From Thermodesulfobacteriota bacterium (lineage in GTDB: Bacteria > Desulfobacterota > WTBG01 > JAGOGO01), in contig CP113000.1 of assembly GCA_026625185.1 (NCBI GenBank), positions 1,605,622 to 1,637,621 of the forward strand: a DNA stretch of 32,000 nucleotides, in the 5' to 3' direction. The translations under genes were made by a program, and so were the position numbers. This document shows, in pieces, positions 11,264-18,439 of the stretch. The notes beneath the pieces were generated by a model. It saw only the letters and a program-made list of their open reading frames with translations. It did no database searches and was not told where the DNA came from. Numbering within the stretch: position 1 is the stretch's first letter; every line of letters begins with the position of its first letter.

Positions 11264-12565
11264 TCAAAGGAGCTTTTTGGGCTGGCCGGTGGAGGTGAGG
11301 ACACTGCGCCACAGCCATCCTTCGGGATCAATCTTTTTGCGTTGAGAAACCGCCAGAGAGATTGGCACATAAGTGGCTTCATTATTCCAAACGCTTACCA
11401 TCATATTAGTACGGCCGGTCATACCGGCATGCACGGCATTTTGACCCAAGAGCAGACAAAAAGCCGAATCATGAGCATTGGCTGGCACGCTCCGGATCGT
11501 GTAACTCGGATCAATATACTTCAAATTTATTTCAATTCCCTGTTGACTGAAGAAATCTTTAATATGATCGCGAAGGAAAATGCCGATATCGTTGTGCCGA
11601 ATATTCCCCGAGGCGTCTTGTTCCATTGTTTCCTTCATCAGGTTTTGGCCAGCCCCTTCCGCGGCTACGATCACTGCATGACCTCTTTTGGCCAGCCGCT
11701 CTTTCAGAGCGTGCAGAAAAGTTTCCAGTTTAAAAGGGGCTTCGGGGATAAGACAAAAGTTTACTTGATTATCCGCGAGCACCGCGTACGCCGCGATAAA
11801 ACCGGAATCCCGTCCCATAAGTTTTACCAAACCGATGCCGTTACGAGCGCCTTCAGCTTCACTGTGGGCAGAATAGGTCACTCTCCTTGCTTCAGAAACT
11901 GCGGTCTCAAAGCCAAAGGATTTTTGGACAAAGGAGATGTCGTTATCAATGGTCTTCGGGATGCCGATCACTCCGATTTTTAAATTTCGTTTTTTTATTT
12001 CTTCACTGATCGCCTGGGCGCCTCGCAAAGTTCCATCTCCGCCAATGGTAAAAAGAATACCAATGCTCATTCGTTCCAGGGTGTCAACCATCTCAGAAAT
12101 ATCCTGCGGGCCGCGAGACGATCCGAGAATGGTTCCGCCAATTTCATGGATGCGGCTTACCAATGGAATCGTAAGTTCGACCGGCGTTTGGCTGTACCGG
12201 TGGGTAAGTCCTTCGTATCCGAAAGGAAAACCGAAAACGGTTTTCACCCCATAGTGATAATTTAGACTTAAAACAATTGCTCGGATAACATCATTCAGCC
12301 CGGGGCAGAGACCGCCGCAGGTAACGATTCCACATTTTAATTTTGAGGGATCAAAGTAAATTTTCCCCCGCGGTCCGGCTAATTCCATGGAGGGTAGCGT
12401 TTTGCCTTGACTTAAAAGTTTCTTAATATCCTCAAGGCGAGAGTGATAAAGCAGGCTTTCATCATCACGGTTAAACAGGATACCGCTCATCGGCGAAGGT
12501 ATTTTACACTCACCTAACTTTTCGATTTCAAAACTGAAGTTATTGTTTTCCATAAGACTACCCAT
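11264..12565 (-). CDS. pfk: 6-phosphofructokinase (long, PPi-PFK-like lineage; probably ATP-dependent)
   Basis: 433-aa ORF with GGLCPGLNDVIR, TIGGDGT, GIPKTIDND and MGR motifs. It has Gly at the E. coli G104 position and Lys at the G124 position. Confidence 0.92.
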   Translation of the reverse strand: MGSLMENNNFSFEIEKLGECKIPSPMSGILFNRDDESLLYHSRLEDIKKLLSQGKTLPSMELAGPRGKIYFDPSKLKCGIVTCGGLCPGLNDVIRAIVLSLNYHYGVKTVFGFPFGYEGLTHRYSQTPVELTIPLVSRIHEIGGTILGSSRGPQDISEMVDTLERMSIGILFTIGGDGTLRGAQAISEEIKKRNLKIGVIGIPKTIDNDISFVQKSFGFETAVSEARRVTYSAHSEAEGARNGIGLVKLMGRDSGFIAAYAVLADNQVNFCLIPEAPFKLETFLHALKERLAKRGHAVIVAAEGAGQNLMKETMEQDASGNIRHNDIGIFLRDHIKDFFSQQGIEINLKYIDPSYTIRSVPANAHDSAFCLLLGQNAVHAGMTGRTNMMVSVWNNEATYVPISLAVSQRKKIDPEGWLWRSVLTSTGQPKKLL

Positions 12566-12889
12566 TTAGTTATGTTTAAAATGGTCAGCCATTGACAGGT
12601 CGTTAAATAAGAATTTCACTAAGTTACCTAAGTTTTTAGGAAAAAGAAACCCAAACAAAGGTTTATTTTGTAAAAAAATTAGTTTTTGCTGATTGCCTTT
12701 TCTTTCATCTCTCTCAGTTCTAAAATGCGGCGGTAGGTCAAATAATATTTATAAATATTGCTCACATACTGGACGGTTTCCTGCCTGATATCCTGCGCGG
12801 CCACCAATTCAAAATTATAAAACCACTGGCCCGTGCTTTGCGTTTTTCTCCAGGTCAGGGGAATCATTGGATTAACAACAATCCCAATA

Positions 12890-13873
12890 TTAGGGAGTGG
12901 CCAAAGCTTCCTTGTTCACCCTCTTCCAGGTTGTGTCAGGATCATATTTTACCAGGGTGCCGGCGATTTTTGCCGTGTCCGGGCCCAGATCCTTTTCATA
13001 GATTGTGTCTTGCTGGTTCACGATAAAAGTCATGACCCCGGAATTTCTATACTCAGCCGGATAGGCCACCAGACCAAAACCCAAAACCATCTTTCCATTA
13101 ACAATATAGTTGAAGGCCCCGCCGGGCGCATTTTTACCCTGGCCAGTAAGGATCCGGAAGTAATATCCATGATAAGGAGTTGGCGACCCTTCTTTCTTTT
13201 TGTATCCTTCCTTTACTGCCTGGGCAGCAAAAGGACCCAAAGGACTTGGCTTTTCGTCCTCTTTTACCGGCCAGTAAAGACCATCCTTTTTTCCCTCAGA
13301 ACTTTTGAACTTTTGGGCAAACTCACTCTTTCCGTCGCCATCAGGATCCATAGTGGCATATTCATGCTGGGCATCAACATAGGCCTCCATTAAGGGAATG
13401 ACACCCAATTCGTTTCTGCCGATCCTCCGGTTAAGGACTTCCTCTTTCCCGGCGGCAGCATCAAAGTACCACTTTTCCCCGCTCTTTACGATGGGAACCG
13501 GAAGGGGCCAATCTTCCGTACCCACACAGAGAATTGCGGTTCCAGAGGTTTGTTGGTCCAAGCGGTTCTTTGTTTCGTAATCTTTCACGAACTGGTTCAT
13601 GTGCAACTTGTCGGCAACCTCATCCCCGGAGGATGCTATATCCTTTCCTTCGGTGCCGAAAATGGAAAGCAGTTCCTGCGTATCGTTTCGCTTACATGCA
13701 TCAATAAAGGCTTTAACGGCTTCTTCGGGAGAGGGAAAGGCCTTCCCTTGAGGTTGCTTTCCTACCTTTGCAGGGCCCTCAGCAGCCATAGCGGTGGTTA
13801 CCCCGATGATCAAAAATAATCCGAGCATAAGGAAGAGATTTGCTTTCACGTTATTCCAGGTATGGTAAATCAT
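12890..13873 (-). CDS. DUF2950-family exported protein
   Basis: Signal peptide (LFLMLGLFLIIGVTTAMA), and the C-terminal block GGAFNYIVNGKMVLGFGLVAYPAEYRNSGVMTFIVNQQDTIYEKDLGP, which I recognise as DUF2950. I chose the start at 13873 because of a GGAGG RBS; the longest ORF starts at 13903. Confidence 0.7.
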   Translation of the reverse strand: MIYHTWNNVKANLFLMLGLFLIIGVTTAMAAEGPAKVGKQPQGKAFPSPEEAVKAFIDACKRNDTQELLSIFGTEGKDIASSGDEVADKLHMNQFVKDYETKNRLDQQTSGTAILCVGTEDWPLPVPIVKSGEKWYFDAAAGKEEVLNRRIGRNELGVIPLMEAYVDAQHEYATMDPDGDGKSEFAQKFKSSEGKKDGLYWPVKEDEKPSPLGPFAAQAVKEGYKKKEGSPTPYHGYYFRILTGQGKNAPGGAFNYIVNGKMVLGFGLVAYPAEYRNSGVMTFIVNQQDTIYEKDLGPDTAKIAGTLVKYDPDTTWKRVNKEALATP

Positions 13874-13958
13874 AGTTTTTTCCTCCATGGTACAATTGTT
13901 CATGGCGAATCCTTTCGGTTATATTACAAATAGTATTCTATGGTGAATGATTCGGTTG

Positions 13959-15200
13959 TCACCTGCGGCCTCCACCTCGACCGCCTCCTCCACCGAAGCC
14001 ACCTCGGCCGCCACCTCCACCGAAGCCACCTCGGCCGCCACCTCCACCGAAGCCACCTCCACCAAAACTGCCGCGGCTCATACTACCCCGTTGACTCGCC
14101 ATCCGTTCATTACTTCCGCTCCTCCCGGCACCCCCAAAAGCGCTCCGGTCTCCTCCTCCCATGCGGTCGCGGGAGCCACCCTGCCCAAGGCCCTCTCGGG
14201 AACCACTACCTCCCCGGTCAAATCCGCGATCAGCTCCTTGACTTCCATATCCACGGGCGTCGCGCTGGGTTTGCGTGGGCCGGTTGGCAGATTGGCCAAA
14301 GCGTTGGCTGGTGCCCTGATCCCGATAAGCTACCCCTTTACGATGTTCCGGGTTATGCTGCCATGAGCCGCGGCCGCCTTCACCCATTCCCCGCCCGCTC
14401 TCGCCCTTGCCCTTCATTTGATCTTTATATTTCCCGCGGTCGATGTTATCGTTTCTATTAAAATTTCGATCGATGTCAATGTCTATGTCCCCTCCGTGCC
14501 AGTTACATCCGCCCCAGGCATATCCCCAGGCAGCTCCCATAGCTACTCCGGCTCCAAACCAAAATGCCCCATATGCTGCCACGTATCCCGGTGGATAGTA
14601 ATAGTAGGGTGGGTAGGCCGGGTACCACCAGGGACCGTAAATCACCGTGGGATTATAGGTCGGCACATAGATAACTTCCGGGTTGGACGGCTCAATAATA
14701 ATCGTTTGGGTCTCTTTTTCAACAATCACCTTTTGTTCAGAAGTAGTCTTGAGATTTCCTTTGGCCTCTGCTTTTGCTCGAAGCTTCTGCACGGTGCCCA
14801 TCACGTCCTTTTCTTGGGCCAGAAAAGCATCGCCGAGCGTCCCGGTCCAGTCGAGTTTCTGGTTCATCATATCCAGCACCTGCGGAAATTGAACCAGAGA
14901 TTTGACGCTGGGATCCCAGGGTTGCGCCTCAAGGGCTTTGGCTAATGCGTCTCCCTTGAGGTTCTTGTTTTGTTCCAGCCAGCGGGCGGCATACACAATC
15001 TCTAAGGGATAAGTTGAAGCCATCAAAATCTGGGCAAGGAGAGAGTCAGGGTACAAGGCGATCGGGGCGAGCATTTGATCGAGCTGCTCTTGGCTGAACG
15101 CTGGCTTCTCGGCCTCTTTCCCAATGCTGTAAGACGGGGCGGTCACCATAAAAATCAGGAGCACCGCCAAGATTCGGAATAAAAATTTACTTCTATTCAT
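13959..15200 (-). CDS. DUF3300-family protein with Tyr/Pro-rich segment, Gly-zipper TM and C-terminal RGG/Gly-rich tail
   Basis: Signal peptide, then the DUF3300 signature LDQMLAPIALYPDSLLAQILMASTYPLEIVYAARW. This is followed by YPAYPPYYYYPPGY, GAFWFGAGVAMGAAWGYAWGG, and a low-complexity R/G tail of about 140 aa ending GGGGRGGFGGGGGRGGFGGGGGRGGGRR. I chose the start at 15200 (GAGGA RBS); the longest ORF starts at 15254. Confidence 0.75.
   Translation of the reverse strand: MNRSKFLFRILAVLLIFMVTAPSYSIGKEAEKPAFSQEQLDQMLAPIALYPDSLLAQILMASTYPLEIVYAARWLEQNKNLKGDALAKALEAQPWDPSVKSLVQFPQVLDMMNQKLDWTGTLGDAFLAQEKDVMGTVQKLRAKAEAKGNLKTTSEQKVIVEKETQTIIIEPSNPEVIYVPTYNPTVIYGPWWYPAYPPYYYYPPGYVAAYGAFWFGAGVAMGAAWGYAWGGCNWHGGDIDIDIDRNFNRNDNIDRGKYKDQMKGKGESGRGMGEGGRGSWQHNPEHRKGVAYRDQGTSQRFGQSANRPTQTQRDARGYGSQGADRGFDRGGSGSREGLGQGGSRDRMGGGDRSAFGGAGRSGSNERMASQRGSMSRGSFGGGGFGGGGGRGGFGGGGGRGGFGGGGGRGGGRR
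13962..14059. repeat. 27-bp tandem repeat encoding the GGGGRGGFG units of the DUF3300 tail
   Basis: CCTCCACCGAAGCCACCTCGGCCGCCA occurs perfectly at 13987-14013 and 14014-14040. A 19-nt partial third copy lies at 14041-14059 and a degenerate copy at 13962-13986. Confidence 0.85.
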
Positions 15201-16058
15201 GATGTCCTCACTTGGTAATGTTGGTTTATTCCCCCTTTGGGATTTATTACGCATTTCGTTTCACGAGGAATTTAATTTTTACCATAAAAATTTTGTAATA
15301 AGCACATTCGCTTCAGGCCTTCCGAACGTATTGTTTCCGATAATAAATCATAAGAATCGGCCGGGATTTTTTTGGTTGGAGATCGGCTAGTTGTCTGTTG
15401 TTGCAGCTTTCGATTCATTTGTGGGTGTCTTTGATAGGTCAGGGTAGGCCTGGAGAGATAAAAATGGGCCCATTTTTTTAGCTTGCAACCAACCATATTT
15501 TGGTTTTATGGGTTTGTAAAATTTTTATTGGCTTGCAAAATTATTTTTGTTTTTTTATATTATATAAAAAGTCCAAAATCAATTATTTTGTTTGTATTTA
15601 TTAATTTGTCAGGTTAAAATAAAAATAAGAGGGTAAAATAAAAAAAATAATAAATAAAATTTTATAATCAAAACAATTAGTTTGCCAATTATTCCGAGTT
15701 TTTCCCCTTCAGTCAAAACTAATGTTTTTAACTGAAGGTAAACAAACAATTCTGATCCTCAAAATACAGGTTTCCCGTGGTTAAAATGCATGATTGACCC
15801 ATAAATTCATCGACCGAAAACGACCTATATTTTGCCAATTAATTGACATAAAATGATACCAGGGCTGATGCGGAAATCCGTTTCACTGATCTTGGTGGCC
15901 TTTACAAAAAACAAGAACTAAAGTCGGTCTGCTTCGCATGAGGATAGACTTTACTGGCTTAGAGACCTCACCAAAAATGTTCATTGTTTCCTCACCCGGT
16001 GCGCCTTCAAATGTAAAACCCTCCGTCATTGTTATTCCAAGGTTAAAGGGAAAAAGGT

Positions 16059-16580
16059 ATGCCAGTAGCTGACTACAAAACGTATGGTAGGATGATTGAC
16101 CATGCTAACCAAAAGAATTTTGCTTACCCGGCCATAAACGTTACCTCTCTCGCAACGGCCAATGCTGTTTTGAAAGGTCTGGCAGAGAGCAAGAGCGATG
16201 GAATCATTCAGGTTACGACCGGTGGTGCAGCCTTTGCTTCCGGATTGTATCTCAAGGACATGCCGCTGGGGGCGATATCCATCGCCGAGCACCTGCACCG
16301 CGTGGCGGAGCATTATCCCATCTATGTGACTCTGCATACAGATCACTGCCGGCTCAATATCGACAACGATATCCAGTACGCGTTCACGCGCGCTATTGTG
16401 GATCATATGTTGAAAAACTATGACGGCGTCCTTAAAATCGAGAGCGATGTTGGGAACAAGGGAAAATACGATCCCCGTTCCTGTAGGAAGCTGGCCGAGG
16501 CTGCCATGGCCGAACGGGCGAAGCAAACAGTAAACGATCTGAGAGGTGTTGGAACTACCCTTTTTGGAATCTGTTGTTAA
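16059..16580 (+). pseudogene. fba: Class II fructose-bisphosphate aldolase with a large in-frame internal deletion
   Basis: The N-terminal 97 aa match class II FBA up to LHTDHC (Zn ligand). They are joined directly to the C-terminal LNIDNDIQ...KYDPR... block, which corresponds to E. coli FbaA KMNIDTDTQ...KYYDPR. About 170 central codons are missing, including the other Zn-ligand histidines. The result is 173 aa against about 350 expected. Confidence 0.8.
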
Positions 16581-16626
16581 AAGAAACATTAAACGAGTCG
16601 AAAAATTATTACTCAAGGAGTTCTTT

Positions 16627-16686
16627 ATAGCTGCAAAGGTTGCTATTAGCGGATTTGGAAGAATCGGAAGGCTCGCCATCATTTGA
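16627..16686 (+). pseudogene. gap: 5' stub of glyceraldehyde-3-phosphate dehydrogenase (19 codons)
   Basis: AAGGAG (16615-16620) and a 6-nt spacer are followed by ATA GCT GCA AAG GTT GCT ATT AGC GGA TTT GGA AGA ATC GGA AGG CTC GCC ATC ATT TGA, which translates to IAAKVAISGFGRIGRLAII*. This matches the GAPDH N-terminal NAD-binding signature KV.INGFGRIGR; the ATA sits where an ATG would be expected. Confidence 0.6.
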
Positions 16687-16795
16687 AAAAGCAGGACTGC
16701 GAGAAAAGATCTTTTTCGATCCTTCGAAATCCAAGTGCAGTTTTGTCACCTGCAGCGGCCTTTGCACAGGCTTAAATAATGCGATAATGGCCATG
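16685..16795 (+). pseudogene. pfk: Internal fragment of a second 6-phosphofructokinase gene (about 37 codons)
   Basis: EKAGLREKIFFDPSKSKCSFVTCSGLCTGLNNAIMAM aligns with ELAGPRGKIYFDPSKLKCGIVTCGGLCPGLNDVIRAI of the intact pfk at 11264-12565, with 24 of 37 residues identical by hand alignment. Many synonymous differences are present and active-site Gly/Pro residues are substituted. Confidence 0.7.
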
Positions 16796-16820
16796 AATGA
16801 TGAAGAGCAGGGGGAAAGAG

Positions 16821-18263
16821 ATGGCTTTGCCGACGCATAAAACCAAAATCGTTTGTACCATTGGACCAGCGTCCGATTCCAGAGAGGTCCTGGAGGAGAT
16901 GATTAATTCTGGAATGAATGTGGCCCGCCTCAACTTTTCTCATGGCGACTTTACCAGCCATGAGAAAACGGTCAGAAATCTTAGAGCCGCTTCACAGACC
17001 ATGGGGAAACCCTTGGCCATCATGGCAGACCTGCCTGGACCGAAGATGCGCATCGGTCAGTTTGCCCAGGAACCGATTGAGTTAAGGATTGGCGATTCCT
17101 TCACCTTAACCACTGATAACATCGTGGGCAACAAGGATCGCGTCTCGGTCACGTTTTCCTTACTTCCCCAAGCGGTGAAGCCCGGAGATCGGTTGTATCT
17201 GAATGACGGTCTCATCCAGCTTGAGGTTAGCGGGGTGAGTGGAACAGATGTTCAGTGCCGGATCCTGGTAGGAGGAGAACTTCGTTCCCGGAAGGGGTTG
17301 AATCTTCCCGGAATTGACCTGGGCATTCGAGCTTTCACTGAACAAGATCACCGGTGGCTGGTGTTTGCCAAGGAGCAAGGTCTCGACGCGGTTAGCCAGT
17401 CCTTTGTCGAGGGTGCAGCAGATATTGCCGCTGTCCGTAAGGCGGCAGCCGACCTGAATTACCATCCGTTTATCATCGCCAAAATCGAGCGTTCGCGGGC
17501 CCTAGATCATATTGATGAAATTTTCGAGATTACCGATGGAATCATGATCGCTCGGGGAGACCTCGGGGTGGAGATCCCCATTGAGCAGATTGCTGTGGTT
17601 CAGAAACGGCTGATGCACCTTGCAAATGTACGCGCAAAGCCTGTCATTACGGCTACCCAGATGCTTGAATCGATGATTGATAACCGCCGTCCGACCAGGG
17701 CAGAAGCGACAGATGTGGCAAACGCCATCCTTGACGGGACGGATGCCGTTATGCTATCTGGAGAGTCGGCTATGGGAAGATATCCGGTCGATGCGGTGGC
17801 AATGCTCGCCAAGATTGCGACCGTTGTCGAGCCGCATCGCCCCGCCAACACGGTGAAAGAGCTTTTCCGGGAGACCGACCTCAAGGATAAACTCCGTCCG
17901 TCCCATCTCGTTGTCCTGGGCGTTGAGGCCAGTTTGGAATACGCTTCTCCAACTGCGGTCTTTGTGCCGACGGGCAGCGGTGCGACCGCTCGCAGGATCG
18001 CCGGATTTCATCTGCCCGTATGGGTTATCGCGGTCTGTACCGAGGAGACGACCTACCAGCAGCTCCAGTTCTCATCCGGGGTCTATCCGGTACATGAGAG
18101 AAAAGAACCTGCCAACTGGAATACCTATGTCAAACAGTGGGTATATGATTACCATCTGGAGGGGGATTGCGTCATTCTGACTGCAGGCCCTTCACCAAAG
18201 CACCCGGAAGCTAATAACCGAATGGAGATCATTGATCTTCGTCCCAAGGCGAAGATAGGTTAG
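16821..18263 (+). CDS. pyk: Pyruvate kinase
   Basis: Contains KTKIVCTIGPAS, MNVARLNFSHG, MIARGDLGVEIP, VITATQMLESM and MLSGESA. I chose the start at 16821 (MALPTHKTK, GGGGAAAGAG upstream); the longest ORF starts at 16797. Confidence 0.95.
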   Translation: MALPTHKTKIVCTIGPASDSREVLEEMINSGMNVARLNFSHGDFTSHEKTVRNLRAASQTMGKPLAIMADLPGPKMRIGQFAQEPIELRIGDSFTLTTDNIVGNKDRVSVTFSLLPQAVKPGDRLYLNDGLIQLEVSGVSGTDVQCRILVGGELRSRKGLNLPGIDLGIRAFTEQDHRWLVFAKEQGLDAVSQSFVEGAADIAAVRKAAADLNYHPFIIAKIERSRALDHIDEIFEITDGIMIARGDLGVEIPIEQIAVVQKRLMHLANVRAKPVITATQMLESMIDNRRPTRAEATDVANAILDGTDAVMLSGESAMGRYPVDAVAMLAKIATVVEPHRPANTVKELFRETDLKDKLRPSHLVVLGVEASLEYASPTAVFVPTGSGATARRIAGFHLPVWVIAVCTEETTYQQLQFSSGVYPVHERKEPANWNTYVKQWVYDYHLEGDCVILTAGPSPKHPEANNRMEIIDLRPKAKIG

Positions 18264-18439
18264 GATTTACCAAGCGAGGTTTCTATTTTGATCACGCCAA
18301 GAAACATGGATGATTAATCGATGAATGTTATAGACGCCGTTGTTGGCCTCGGGTTTTAAATGGTAGGCAATTCGTTTGTCCGCGAGCAGTGAGCCTCATC
18401 CTGTTCTAAAAATAATGAGAGAATCAAGAGGCAATTCCG

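Noticed and set aside
12679-12867. 62-aa minus-strand ORF 22 nt downstream of the DUF2950 gene
   Set aside because: Its position and strand are suggestive of a third operon member. However, it has no RBS and no recognisable motif, and it overlaps a plus-strand ORF. That is insufficient support to call it.
13940-14461. Plus-strand ORFs with HLGRHLHRS / ATSTEATSA repeats
   Set aside because: They are antisense translations of the 27-bp tandem repeat and Gly/Arg-rich tail of the DUF3300 gene. They are an artefact of repeat periodicity.
15481-15540. Possible sigma54 promoter at the GCTTGCAA / TGGTTGGTTGCA motifs
   Set aside because: The GG-to-GC spacing does not fit the TGGCAC-N5-TTGCA (-24/-12) geometry on either strand.
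16032-16682. 216-aa minus-strand ORF
   Set aside because: It is antisense to the fba remnant, whose plus-strand translation has clear class II aldolase similarity, and it has no motifs of its own.
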